Notes under the pieces: generated by a model
Told to the model about the DNA's origin: nothing
What the model saw: the letters and a program-made list of their open reading frames with translations, nothing else
Databases searched by the model: none
Virus record (IMG/VR): IMGVR_UViG_3300005573_000001
DNA from: a virus
DNA: 64,000 bases
Direction: 5' to 3' (one strand)
Shown: piece by piece, positions 38,130 through 48,386 of the stretch
Numbering within the stretch: the stretch's first letter is position 1
How the letters are laid out: every line of letters begins with the position of its first letter
Position numbers and translations under genes: made by a program

Positions 38130-38735
38130 TTAATTATCCCATTCCTTATTCTCAAGCATAAGGTTTACGAGAGCGTCAAAATGTCTCGCCCAAGCCGCTT
38201 CACGTGCAATATGCCAAGCGAGTTGAGTGGCACCAGCAGGAACGGCTTTATAGGCATAGGTTAAGACAGTATCTCGAGCAACTCCCCAAGCGGCTTTTTC
38301 AGCACTCTGATCCATAGAGACCCATACTGCAGAATACATAGTCCTAACATAATGGGGGAGATTTAGTATAAGGGAATCAGCGCTGGATCGTACAACTTTC
38401 GAGATAACATCTTGGGCGATACTAAGTTCATTTGCTGTTACTTCACCAGCCATCCATCGCCTCTTTAGACGGATACCTTGGGTGATGCGCTCGTCAGGAG
38501 TATCCATAGTATTCAATACTGCCTCAACACGCCGACAGGCAAATTCATGGAGCAGCAAGGGTTGAAGCAATTCCTCCCTTAAGACAGCACAAAGCCTGAT
38601 GTCCAGCGGGACACCCACAAGCGTCAGCAGATCAAAGGCAGACCATTCCGTATAGGGCTCCGCAAGATTACGTACATGCTCAGACAGGGAAAACAACCCA
38701 AAATCAAAAATCTGCTCAACAGTTACCGTTCTCAT
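38130..38735 (-). CDS. Phage hypothetical protein (paralog of 40131-40721)
   Basis: Shared MxTVTVEQ, AVLREE, LHEFACR. Confidence 0.65.
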   Translation of the reverse strand: MRTVTVEQIFDFGLFSLSEHVRNLAEPYTEWSAFDLLTLVGVPLDIRLCAVLREELLQPLLLHEFACRRVEAVLNTMDTPDERITQGIRLKRRWMAGEVTANELSIAQDVISKVVRSSADSLILNLPHYVRTMYSAVWVSMDQSAEKAAWGVARDTVLTYAYKAVPAGATQLAWHIAREAAWARHFDALVNLMLENKEWDN

Positions 38736-38914
38736 TTAATCTCCTAAGGTCTATAGTTTCTATGGATATGTTTAACGCAACTCCCATCGACACAGTGGTC
38801 GATTATATACTGAATACACCCAACGATCTCGTCCCGTAAGGAATCCCAACGGCATTTAAGGCGATTCTTTAAAAATGTCAATACCTCAATAGTATATTCC
38901 TTAATATTCTCTCC

Positions 38915-39721
38915 TCACTTGTATTCTCCGATTATATCATATAATGCATCCAGAGTAATCTCTTTCTCAATCGTTCCCGTGCTGTCATGTTTAGAGAATT
39001 TAATCGTGTTATCGATTTTAATGTCGAAAATCATAACATCGCCATTTGGCTTATCATACTGAAGATGAATCCCTCCAGCCGCTGTGAGAACAATTTGAGG
39101 TTGTGGACTTAATTTTTCAACAATGCTTTTGACAAAATTAATATGTTCAGGAGTGAATGGCTCCGCGCCATGGTCATTCCAATCTTCCTTAAGCGCTAGG
39201 AACGAGTCTAGCAAACGTAAGTTTCTTTCCTTCGTAAGTTCCAGTTCGAGTACATCTATCATATTAAACATATTCAGTATTGTCGTATAAATCTCTAATT
39301 CTCGCTGACATTCTCGAATATTCTTCTGAACTTCCTCGTCATCGATGAGCTTCTTTACAGTAGTATCATAGTAATAATCCAAGAAGTGCTTAGTGACATT
39401 AATTCTCTCATTAATCCACTTAAGCGCTTTGTGTCTAACTGCTACGTCCGTTTTATCAGCAGCATCTATCAAAACCTTCTCATCATCAACAACCGCTCGA
39501 ACCAATTTGTCGGTAGGTAGTCCTAACTGCGCACTTATCAAAGCATTTTCATACTCAATAGTTGCCCTACTTATTCTTTGTTTTATGTCACATGTAAAAT
39601 CTCTGCAGTCATACAAGGGAATCTGTACCACATTCCCTGCTTCCTCACAAACTACGAAATCTACTATCTTCTTTGTCGGCGTAGTACAATTCTCACACTT
39701 CGAATAATTCATCCTTACCAC
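38915..39721 (-). CDS. Hypothetical protein
   Basis: ORF. Confidence 0.55.
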   Translation of the reverse strand: MVRMNYSKCENCTTPTKKIVDFVVCEEAGNVVQIPLYDCRDFTCDIKQRISRATIEYENALISAQLGLPTDKLVRAVVDDEKVLIDAADKTDVAVRHKALKWINERINVTKHFLDYYYDTTVKKLIDDEEVQKNIRECQRELEIYTTILNMFNMIDVLELELTKERNLRLLDSFLALKEDWNDHGAEPFTPEHINFVKSIVEKLSPQPQIVLTAAGGIHLQYDKPNGDVMIFDIKIDNTIKFSKHDSTGTIEKEITLDALYDIIGEYK

Positions 39722-40134
39722 TTCCTATGTTTTTCAGCGACCCACTCATATCCATCATAGTCCTGGATTTCCCACTCGACATCATCGGGAATATCAACAA
39801 TTCTAATACGAGCGCATCCGCCGTTCGCTTCATCTCCAAGTTCTTCTATAACCTTTATTAAATCTGGGTCGCTCCTATCCTCAGGCCTACGACTGAAATA
39901 TTCACTACCATCTAAGGTGTCTGTAGTTTCTCCGCAATCCTTCTTATATGCTATCGCAAAGAAATCATCATGGTCGATATTATCAACTCTATTATAAACG
40001 TCATACCCATCCGTAAAGTGACTTTTCGTTTGTGTATAAAAGTATACCGGAAAACCCTTTAACTCAGCATATCTCTTTGTAGCTTTCAATGATAAGCTGA
40101 ACCCACCATAACATCTATTCACCGCTATTTTCAT
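39715..40134 (-). CDS. Conserved phage hypothetical protein
   Basis: MKIAVNRCYGGFSLS...R.DP.LI.VIEELG...YDG.E pattern typical of phage ORFs. Confidence 0.65.
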   Translation of the reverse strand: MKIAVNRCYGGFSLSLKATKRYAELKGFPVYFYTQTKSHFTDGYDVYNRVDNIDHDDFFAIAYKKDCGETTDTLDGSEYFSRRPEDRSDPDLIKVIEELGDEANGGCARIRIVDIPDDVEWEIQDYDGYEWVAEKHRKW

Positions 40135-40721
40135 ATAATCAGATCTCCTTTCTCAAGCAAAAGATTAGTAAGAATATTAAGGTACTTCGTCCATATAGTT
40201 TCTAATGCGGCATTCCACGCGGCTTCCTGCGCGGCAATCTGCACATGTTCTTGCGCACCCTTCCATGCAACAGCGTATGCACCTTCCTGTACAGTCTCCC
40301 ATGCGGCTCTACGGGCATCCTCATGCATAGAAACCCATAAAACATAATAAATAGCTGCAACAGAACGCACGGACTCCCAAACAAACTCTCGTGCAACATG
40401 CAATTCAGATGTCATCACTTTACCCTTCAGCCACTCTCTCTTTACAGTAATATACCGAGCAGTATGCTCATCCAAATTATTCACAATCCCCAATGTTTCT
40501 TCCACGCACCGACATGCAAATTCATGTAATATGGGAGCATCAAGAAATTCTTCTCTTAATACAGCCCAAAACCTGTCTCCCAGCGGAACGTCCTCCAACA
40601 CTAAAACGTCAAGCGCCGTCCATTCAGTCTTATTACCTGCAATCTTGCATATCTGCTCAGGCGGATAACATGGATTAAATTTTAAAAATTGTTCCACTGT
40701 TACTGTTTTCATTACTATCAC
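40131..40721 (-). CDS. Phage hypothetical protein (paralog of 38130-38735)
   Basis: See paralog. Confidence 0.65.
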   Translation of the reverse strand: MIVMKTVTVEQFLKFNPCYPPEQICKIAGNKTEWTALDVLVLEDVPLGDRFWAVLREEFLDAPILHEFACRCVEETLGIVNNLDEHTARYITVKREWLKGKVMTSELHVAREFVWESVRSVAAIYYVLWVSMHEDARRAAWETVQEGAYAVAWKGAQEHVQIAAQEAAWNAALETIWTKYLNILTNLLLEKGDLII

Positions 40722-40833
40722 CTGATCCTTATTCCTGGCACATAATCACAAAAGTAAGTGTCTCTTTCCAGTCAGGCTAATCTTCAACAGTATTGGTTGC
40801 TATATCTCTAAATTTCCTCCACATCTTCCGTGT

Positions 40834-41592
40834 TCATGCTTTCCCCTTTAATTCATACATAATTTCTGCATTCTTGCCGCCATGCAGTCTCCACGTGTCC
40901 CCATCAAAACTCGGCACTAAACCCGATTCCCACATGTCTACCGCGCACTGAAAGGGGTTGATGCCCTCTCTATGTCCTATGTTATTCCACTTTGGGAAAT
41001 TGAAAAATGATGATACATAGGCTGCTATAGAATCTCCCACTGAACCTCCCACAGTACCTCTTACCGGATTCTTTAAGGAGGCCCAAAGGCGATTCCACAC
41101 AGAAACTCCCACGGAACTCCGAATGGGATTCCACAGAGAGGCCCACACAGAATCTCCTACGAAACTCTTCACGGACTTCCGAACAGAATCCCATACTGAA
41201 TCCCGCATAGAATTTCGCACAGAAATCCATTGCTTTAATCTTTCGATGTCCGTTTCCGTTATTACGCCGTGTTCGATTGTAAACGGATGTACAATAGGCT
41301 TTATTACCAGCTCAGGCACAACCGTCTTATAATCAAGGTGTTCACAAAAGGCGCGCGCTTGTACCGAGTCATCCTTATTATTCATCCGTATAATTGTGAG
41401 TTCCTTTGTAAGCGGATTATGCTCATACGCATTGAGCATATCCTCATCCTCGTCTTTAAAGCCATAGTATTCCGCTATAAAGGTATGGCTATCCGGATTC
41501 TCGTCCTTCGCAAGCACTTCCTTGCGTTGTTCAGCGTTAAGGTAATACGGATTCCCCGCACCGTCTGTCCTAAAACTAAAGAAATCACACAT
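40834..41592 (-). CDS. Phage protein with SVWxSV repeats
   Basis: Repeating SVWDSV/SVGDSV units. Confidence 0.65.
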   Translation of the reverse strand: MCDFFSFRTDGAGNPYYLNAEQRKEVLAKDENPDSHTFIAEYYGFKDEDEDMLNAYEHNPLTKELTIIRMNNKDDSVQARAFCEHLDYKTVVPELVIKPIVHPFTIEHGVITETDIERLKQWISVRNSMRDSVWDSVRKSVKSFVGDSVWASLWNPIRSSVGVSVWNRLWASLKNPVRGTVGGSVGDSIAAYVSSFFNFPKWNNIGHREGINPFQCAVDMWESGLVPSFDGDTWRLHGGKNAEIMYELKGKA

Positions 41593-42186
41593 TATTTTTT
41601 ATCCCCTCTGTTCCTAAAAACTACGTTTTTTATCATCTCGTCTGGCTTTTAACACCCCGACTTCATAAAATAACGAGTTTTAATACTTTTGTTGGACATG
41701 TCAAGCGACCATAATCATCTCGTTCAAAAGATTCTAAATCATGCTGTATATACTCTCATACTTACCTCTCGAAGTATCTACACTTACTTATAAATAATAA
41801 CTCTCGGCGTCTATTCTATACTTAAATAAACAATACCAGTTATCCTTCCTTAGCAACCCTCCAGATAGAAAGGAGGTGGGGGAGGTGAAAAAAGATTAAA
41901 AGCCCTCCCCCCGATATAATGAGGGTTTATACCAATCAGCAGCCCTGCGGTCAAGTGGGGCGCTAGGAGAGTTTACAGCATAAGTAAGACTAGAGTAGGT
42001 CTCTGTAAGGACCCACACCGCACATAGAAGCAAAAAGAGTCCGAGGACAGAAAGAATCATATCTCACTCCACAAATTCGGGGAGAGTATCCGGCGTACTC
42101 TCCCCGCAGTCAATGCATGCCCCCGCTATATAGTGCCGGATGGAACCCACCGTACGGTCTTTTACAAGTCGGGGCATGGGGTTCAC

Positions 42187-42873
42187 TTATCGTAAAATTA
42201 CCCTTGCTAAGTCCAAGGCAAGTAAATACTCAGAAAGATAATCACTATCAAAGTAAAGGCACTTAATATGACATTCAAACTCTTGAAATGTTACGAACCA
42301 AGAACCGAGCCTAACAAAACAACCTTCGGTACCCTTAAAGAAGTAAGCGCTAGCATTCGAAGGACCTATCCTATTACAGACAAAGAAGCGGCCGTTCGAA
42401 ACTCGGCCTCCTTCAAAAGTACAGAGACCATCAAAAGCACAGTTTTCACCAAACCTATTAGCCAAACCAAAAACAGAAGCGCCGCCAAAAGAGCAGTAGT
42501 GACCAAAGCGACAGTCATCACCAAAAGTACAGGAGGTAGCAAAAGTAGAGTAATCATGGAAGATACAGCCATAACCAAAGGTACATGAGTGCTCAAAGAC
42601 AGAAAGTTCGCCGAAGGTACAGCTATCACCAAAGACACAAAATGAGCCAAAGCGGCAAGTACTGGTAAAGGTACAAAACTTACCGAAGCGGCAAGAATCT
42701 CCGAAAAAACAGCGGCTGTTAAAGCAAGAATAGTCAGCGAAGACAGAGCCACTATCAAAACAGCAGGATATATCAAAACTATAAATAGCAGTATAGTCGC
42801 CAGAAGGACATAACAGATAGCCAAAGCTATTGCGTTCAAAAGTCTGCAAATCTGAACTAGTATAAACCTTCAT
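42187..42873 (-). CDS. Cys-rich hexapeptide (CxFGxx) repeat protein, paralog 1
   Basis: Repeated CxFG units; conserved caps. Confidence 0.7.
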   Translation of the reverse strand: MKVYTSSDLQTFERNSFGYLLCPSGDYTAIYSFDISCCFDSGSVFADYSCFNSRCFFGDSCRFGKFCTFTSTCRFGSFCVFGDSCTFGELSVFEHSCTFGYGCIFHDYSTFATSCTFGDDCRFGHYCSFGGASVFGLANRFGENCAFDGLCTFEGGRVSNGRFFVCNRIGPSNASAYFFKGTEGCFVRLGSWFVTFQEFECHIKCLYFDSDYLSEYLLALDLARVILR

Positions 42874-42913
42874 ATATATTCTCCATAAGCGCACATACTA
42901 AGAGCGTTAAGTA

Positions 42914-43966
42914 CTATAAAGACAGGCTGTCAGACACACAGTCGTCAAAAGTAGATAGCTTAAGCCGAAGGACTACAGTAGGAATCCTAAGTAATTCAGC
43001 ACCCCGCGACATACTAATTTTACCTTCAGTAACTGCACGATAGACTAACTGCTCAAACAGAACTGGAGCCTCTCGAGATAGGCCAGCCTCGTCCAACTCG
43101 GGAGATAAAGTGGCTAGAAAGCTCTTTACCAAGCGTGCAGAGACAATACCAAGCGACTGAGCACGCTGAAGGAGGGAGGACATGGAGACACGATATTGCT
43201 GGGCTGCTAGGAGCATATCCTCAGCAACCACAGTTCGACGAGTACCAAGCTTTCTTATAAGGTCCTCCTTAGGAAGAAGAAAGGCACTAGCAGAAGCGGC
43301 AATCAACCGACAAAATCTAGCATTACCCATATCAATAGGACGGCTAAACATAAGACGAAAAAGTTCACGAACAATAACAAATCTAGTCCTCGCAGGACTT
43401 AGATGCCTGTCTACTACAATGTAGGGATAGTCATTTACATAGCCACTAAGACCAGAAAAACCATAGTAAGAAATATTAGAGACACATAACAAGATACCTC
43501 TACTCTCTAGAATCCTGGTGAGGTCATCCAAAGGTCCAGTAGGAAACAAACCTAAGTGTCTCCTTAGAGAAGTAGCATTAACTTCAGGATCACCGGTAAA
43601 CGATAAAACTTCAGTAGTAGGCGAGGGCGGTAGAACACCCAAGCCCAATATCTCTACCACAGTCATAAAGCGACTAAAATACTCTTCAATAAACTCATAG
43701 ACATAGTCGCGCCGAATAGCAGGAAGAGAAGCATCTTCACTAAGCTTTCCATGGCGAAACGTCAGCTTGTCGTTACGGACAACTAAAAAGTCCGTAACAG
43801 TAGCACCAAGTACATCAGCCAAGGACTCTAAGAGGTGCACATCAGGTATACGCTTACCGTTCTCGTAGTCCGAAAGGACTGCTGGAGTAAGATTAAGCCG
43901 CGCGGCCAAGGCCTTCTTAGATAAGGCATTCTTTAGACGATAGTATCTGAGGTTCCTACTAAACAT
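42914..43966 (-). CDS. XRE-HTH fused to ImmA/IrrE-like peptidase domain lacking HExxH
   Basis: N-terminal HTH (LSDYENGKRIP); RFVIVRELFR in place of RFTLAHELGH; ASAFLLP. Confidence 0.75.
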   Translation of the reverse strand: MFSRNLRYYRLKNALSKKALAARLNLTPAVLSDYENGKRIPDVHLLESLADVLGATVTDFLVVRNDKLTFRHGKLSEDASLPAIRRDYVYEFIEEYFSRFMTVVEILGLGVLPPSPTTEVLSFTGDPEVNATSLRRHLGLFPTGPLDDLTRILESRGILLCVSNISYYGFSGLSGYVNDYPYIVVDRHLSPARTRFVIVRELFRLMFSRPIDMGNARFCRLIAASASAFLLPKEDLIRKLGTRRTVVAEDMLLAAQQYRVSMSSLLQRAQSLGIVSARLVKSFLATLSPELDEAGLSREAPVLFEQLVYRAVTEGKISMSRGAELLRIPTVVLRLKLSTFDDCVSDSLSL

Positions 43967-44111
43967 AGCACATGCTCCTTCCATAAAGGTTTTCAACCAT
44001 AGACAAGCACGAAGTTACTCACGAGGAGCATAGTCACGAAGGTAAAGTTCCTTCTTCCAATCAGGTCAACTGTCAGTAACAGTGGTCACTTTCCTATACT
44101 TCGTGTCTATG

Positions 44112-44312
44112 CTACTCGTGAGAACTAGGGTCGCCATCCTGAGTTTGCATCTCACGTAAAATATTAAGAAGGGTTTCCCAAGCAGATATTCCTGCCTCAG
44201 AATGTTTCATCCGTGCCTCGCTATCATCACGAAGCTTCTTATGCATAGCAACAAGCTCCTTGGCCTGCGCAAGATTTTCTTCTGCCCAACTAATAAGGTC
44301 TACTAAAGTCAC
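44112..44312 (-). CDS. Small coiled-coil hypothetical protein
   Basis: GGAGGTG RBS. Confidence 0.5.
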   Translation of the reverse strand: MTLVDLISWAEENLAQAKELVAMHKKLRDDSEARMKHSEAGISAWETLLNILREMQTQDGDPSSHE

Positions 44313-44369
44313 ATCAACACCTCCATAAAAACAGATTACAGCACTACCGTTGTGCTACAGACACAAGGA

Positions 44370-44486
44370 TCAGCCTAAAACAAGCCTTGCCAGCTCTAAG
44401 GCAAGCAAACATTCTCGGAAGCACTTATCAGTGCCATACATGGTGACAGCAAGCTGCTTAAACTCATCACTGGTGTAAATTCTCAC
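44370..44486 (-). CDS. 38-aa cap-only remnant of the CxFG repeat family (possible pseudogene)
   Basis: VRIYTSDEF...FRECLLALELARLVLG matches N and C caps of paralogs. Confidence 0.5.
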   Translation of the reverse strand: MRIYTSDEFKQLAVTMYGTDKCFRECLLALELARLVLG

Positions 44487-44505
44487 ATCGACTTCAGCAC
44501 AAAGC

Positions 44506-45060
44506 CTAAAGGCGTATATCTGGAGCTAGCGTAGGGACCAAGTTAGTCACTAGCTTAATTTGCTCCGGCCTAAAGGCAATGACTAAGGTACGACCGTGAT
44601 AGCCCTTAATAATGATACCATCATTTCTACCGTCAAGAGCAGCTAAAAGTATCTCACGGAAGTAGAAAGCAAAATACAACGATGGATGATCCCTAACTCT
44701 ATATACTGCGTCAAGCTTTGTTGTATTAGCAGCCGTCATAACAAGAGGATTCTCGATGTTCACATATACCTCAAGGAGCTTAGGATATTGAGCTCCAGGC
44801 TTGGAAGCAACATCCTGCGCAATACAGAGAGCCTCATACCGGTCGGTCGTAAAGAAAAAGGCAGGGGGACTGGAAAAATCACTGTCAGTCCAACAGTTAG
44901 CTCCAGTCCTACGCTCATCAAAGACAGTAAAGTCATACGCAGTTCCATGGTACAGAACTAACAAATTTCCAAGCTTATTCCGCACGCGACTATCTTGGAA
45001 GAACATAGCTTGATCAACGGTAAGGGTACGTCCTTTAGAATCCAGAGGAACCGAAAACAT
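44506..45060 (-). CDS. ADP-ribosyltransferase-like (ART-PolyVal-like) protein
   Basis: LVLYHGT..DFTVFD, FFFT, YVNIENPL, DGIII, F.PEQIK. Confidence 0.6.
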   Translation of the reverse strand: MFSVPLDSKGRTLTVDQAMFFQDSRVRNKLGNLLVLYHGTAYDFTVFDERRTGANCWTDSDFSSPPAFFFTTDRYEALCIAQDVASKPGAQYPKLLEVYVNIENPLVMTAANTTKLDAVYRVRDHPSLYFAFYFREILLAALDGRNDGIIIKGYHGRTLVIAFRPEQIKLVTNLVPTLAPDIRL

Positions 45061-45142
45061 AGCTAAGTCAGAAGCGCTCCATTAGAAGTACATATAAATC
45101 CCTGTTCGTCAACTATTCGTAACAAGTTCATAGATTATTTCC

Positions 45143-45388
45143 CTAGATATAGTACGGGGCAATACTATCGGACATCCTTCGTTTCCAGTACCTACGAGGC
45201 ACATAACACATATACAGCGTCCATAATCTAAGAACATTCCGTTCTGTAACTACATAGTAGACATACTCTTCCGGCAACAATCCTATATTACCATAAGCAG
45301 CTAAATGCTGGAGGACATCCCTGACTATCGCTTTAACAGCGTCCTCCTCAAGTATCGTAGAGCAAGTAGCAAATGACAGGTAACACAA
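45143..45388 (-). CDS. Hypothetical protein
   Basis: ORF. Confidence 0.35.
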   Translation of the reverse strand: MCYLSFATCSTILEEDAVKAIVRDVLQHLAAYGNIGLLPEEYVYYVVTERNVLRLWTLYMCYVPRRYWKRRMSDSIAPYYI

Positions 45389-45413
45389 GCATAGATAACA
45401 ACTAAGTACTTCT

Positions 45414-45911
45414 TCATACTACCTTATGCGGCGTATATAAGCCGTTCCGTATATCAAAGTAGGTAACACCAACGGCATAAGCGGACCAAACGTCCGACTT
45501 AAATCCATAAAACCAACCAGGATTCTTCCGTGTACCTACAGTTCCGAAGCGATCGAGCAGAGCTCGGCGAACGTTCTTATCCTTCGCCTGACTACTATGA
45601 CAAAGATTAAGTTTTACATCTATACGACGAAGAGGAGTAACAGGAGCACCGACACCAACAGCAGCCTGAGTAAACCGGCCTATCCAGACACAAGTATCAA
45701 AAACTTCCCGTCCAACTGCCATTCCATATGAAGCAACCATCTCTATAACAACAGGGGTACTCTGCGAGCACTTATTCTGAATCATTAAGAGTAGATCCGT
45801 ATTTATGACGTGATCGAACTGAACGGGCTTCAGGTTAGAGTCAAGCCAAGCAAAAGCACTCTGTTCTGGGCCTGGATCAATAGCCAAGACATAGAAAGCA
45901 GACTCAGTCAC
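45414..45911 (-). CDS. RuvC-like Holliday junction resolvase
   Basis: LAIDPG, VVIE, D.WSAYAV. Confidence 0.7.
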   Translation of the reverse strand: MTESAFYVLAIDPGPEQSAFAWLDSNLKPVQFDHVINTDLLLMIQNKCSQSTPVVIEMVASYGMAVGREVFDTCVWIGRFTQAAVGVGAPVTPLRRIDVKLNLCHSSQAKDKNVRRALLDRFGTVGTRKNPGWFYGFKSDVWSAYAVGVTYFDIRNGLYTPHKVV

Positions 45912-46044
45912 CTACAAGCTCCTTCAACTCTTGTATAATACACGACATCTCGTCGGTAGTCCAGTCTTCACAATCAGGATCAGGCTCAATACAGGCTTGC
46001 TCGCAGAGATACTTATAATAACTAATTTGTCTATCAGTTGCCAT
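45904..46044 (-). CDS. Small hypothetical protein (46 aa)
   Basis: MATDRQISYYKYLC...; GGAG RBS. Confidence 0.45.
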   Translation of the reverse strand: MATDRQISYYKYLCEQACIEPDPDCEDWTTDEMSCIIQELKELVGD

Positions 46045-46058
46045 AGCAGCTACTCCAA

Positions 46059-46463
46059 CTAGTCCCAAAGATCATAAAAGTGCTCGACAAAAAGACGCAA
46101 AGCCTCACGACGATGTGAATCAAGCTCAGCACAATAGGCCTTAACATCGTAAGGATTAGTAAAGATATCAATGCCAGACTTCTCAGTAAAATAGTCAGCA
46201 AAGTTATGTTCATCCGCAAGATAAAACTCATGAATCAGATTATCGAGGGTAGCATCCCACTCAGAAGGAGTCATATCATACGGATGACTAAGATGCTTAG
46301 CGCGAAGAACAGGGAGGACCCAGTTCATACGCTGTATGAACCGGGAGGGAAGAGAAAACAAATCAAGGTCGTCGTACCCGCGATAAGCTCTTTGAAGAGC
46401 ATACTTAAGCTCTCGCAGAAAGTCCCGGATTATGGAAAAGACACGCCGAAAGTTAATAAACAT
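46059..46463 (-). CDS. Phage hypothetical protein
   Basis: C-terminal LF.EHFYDLWD pattern. Confidence 0.6.
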   Translation of the reverse strand: MFINFRRVFSIIRDFLRELKYALQRAYRGYDDLDLFSLPSRFIQRMNWVLPVLRAKHLSHPYDMTPSEWDATLDNLIHEFYLADEHNFADYFTEKSGIDIFTNPYDVKAYCAELDSHRREALRLFVEHFYDLWD

Positions 46464-46497
46464 ATTCTATCTCCACTATAACATACATAAAAGTAAA

Positions 46498-47382
46498 TTA
46501 GCAAGAAGTATTTACAATGCGAAACATAGTATCAACATCATCAAGCAAATCATATCGTACAAGAGCTACAGAGGACTTAGCGAACTTCCTATCGACTAGG
46601 TCAACATACATCGTAAACTCTCCGTCGTCTCCCATATAAAACTCAGTCCACTGCGCCGAGGAAAGTAGGTAACGGAGACAAAGCTGACGTATCGCAAGGT
46701 TATCAAAGGCTACAACCTTGAAGCCGCGAAGTATGTCGGGAAGGTCACCAGAGAGATAAGTCTGCCTCGAGGCAAGCACAGGCGGAGAGCAAGCAAGACC
46801 GCGTCCACGAAACTTGTAGCCAAGTATAAGGAGCTTCAAATCCTTGCCATACAATGGGGACAGGTCAAAGGGATGGACCACGCCATTAATCACATGAAGC
46901 ACGGCATTCGGAAAGTAACGAAGGGCAGAGACAAGACCATCCGTATACTGCGTAAAGGAGACACCTAAACCCATAATAAGCTTAGCATCCGTTAGAATCT
47001 TAAGGAAGGGGATATTCTCTAGAAAGTGCCTCTGATTAACGGTGAGGTTAGCAATAATATTCCTATCCTTAAGCTTACACAGGAACGGAACTAAGTCAGG
47101 GTGGCTCAATGGGTTACCGCCGCCAATTGCCACTTCAGTAAAGGGATGAATAGTATCAATAAAAGCAGGACCCAGAATGTCTCCATGCCTACCTAGAGTA
47201 CTAGAGTCCTCATAACAGTAAGGACAGCTTAGGTCGCAGTAGCTAGTAATCTTTACATCCATAGACTCCGGGAAGGCAGCCTTAAAGAAGTCAAGGTCAT
47301 TCTCCCTAACCTTAGTACCATCGTCAAAAATACTAACAGTATAATTCCCATTCGTATACATCGCAAGCAATTTCATAGCCAT
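46498..47382 (-). CDS. Radical SAM protein
   Basis: CDLSCPYC (CxxxCxxC), GGGNP. Confidence 0.85.
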   Translation of the reverse strand: MAMKLLAMYTNGNYTVSIFDDGTKVRENDLDFFKAAFPESMDVKITSYCDLSCPYCYEDSSTLGRHGDILGPAFIDTIHPFTEVAIGGGNPLSHPDLVPFLCKLKDRNIIANLTVNQRHFLENIPFLKILTDAKLIMGLGVSFTQYTDGLVSALRYFPNAVLHVINGVVHPFDLSPLYGKDLKLLILGYKFRGRGLACSPPVLASRQTYLSGDLPDILRGFKVVAFDNLAIRQLCLRYLLSSAQWTEFYMGDDGEFTMYVDLVDRKFAKSSVALVRYDLLDDVDTMFRIVNTSC

Positions 47383-47399
47383 GGATTCCCACAGTAGCC

Positions 47400-47876
47400 C
47401 TAATTACCCTTGTAGTACTCAGTATGAGGATAATACACATCGATGCTAACAATATTATCATCGTTGTCGTTACCTGTAATAATAAAGCTCTTACCGGAAA
47501 AGAGAAACTGTAAGAGCTTATCCTCATCACGACAAACGTCTAGGACAAAATTTGCTAGCTCAGAAGGATGATCGATATAACCACGAGGATATGGAGAACC
47601 ATCAGAATGTGGCTCAGCAAAAGTACAGGCAATACCGTGCTCGCATAAAATACGCTTTATCTGCTCAATACAAATACTCTCCAAGTGGCAGGCATAAATC
47701 GCAGTATGAAGGTAATCAGCTTTCTGCTGTCCAGTAATAAAACGATATGCCCATCCAAACTCTCCCCATCCAAAGTACACTGACTTAGGCAAAACTGGAA
47801 GAGAAGTCTTAGCAATACAAATAGCATGCGTACTACTGCTATTTGTCTCAAAGACCGACGTTCTAACTACTCGCAT
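47400..47876 (-). CDS. Phage protein with N-terminal FETNSSSTH motif
   Basis: SVFETNSSSTHAI; GYIDH; C-terminal GNDN. Confidence 0.7.
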   Translation of the reverse strand: MRVVRTSVFETNSSSTHAICIAKTSLPVLPKSVYFGWGEFGWAYRFITGQQKADYLHTAIYACHLESICIEQIKRILCEHGIACTFAEPHSDGSPYPRGYIDHPSELANFVLDVCRDEDKLLQFLFSGKSFIITGNDNDDNIVSIDVYYPHTEYYKGN

Positions 47877-48043
47877 GCTTATCAGGATACCTCCTCGAAC
47901 TCATTATATATATCTTGATCACTTAATATAAAACTATGCCTGCGCAATACTTATATTTATTCCATGGAGGATGTTATTCGCCAAAACTGAAGGAGATACC
48001 ACCTTCACACTGCCCTCATCTAGCTTATTTAATATAGACATAC

Positions 48044-48379
48044 TCATTTCTTCGTCTTAGGCTCCTCCGAGAGCCGCGCCATAAAAGCCAGATTCATAGC
48101 AATCCGATTTATAGCGCTAACAGCATCTAAACCTTCGTCATCAAGCTTGCTGTACGCAAGCGGAAATAAGACTTGATTCGCCTGAATCGAAGCTTGGTGG
48201 AAGGTCTCAACCGGCACTCCAAATAGAGCAGATAGCTTATCGAGCATATCCGACGTGACGGGAAACACACCGCGCTCAATGCGCGATACGAGAGTTGGAG
48301 TAATACCTAAGTATCTAGCAAGTCTACCTTGTGTAAGACCACTTTGCTTCCGCAAAGCCCTTATATTCCTACCTAACAT
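48044..48379 (-). CDS. XRE-family HTH regulator
   Basis: IRALRKQSGLTQ..LA..LGIT...VSRIERG. Confidence 0.8.
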   Translation of the reverse strand: MLGRNIRALRKQSGLTQGRLARYLGITPTLVSRIERGVFPVTSDMLDKLSALFGVPVETFHQASIQANQVLFPLAYSKLDDEGLDAVSAINRIAMNLAFMARLSEEPKTKK

Positions 48380-48386
48380 ACAACTA

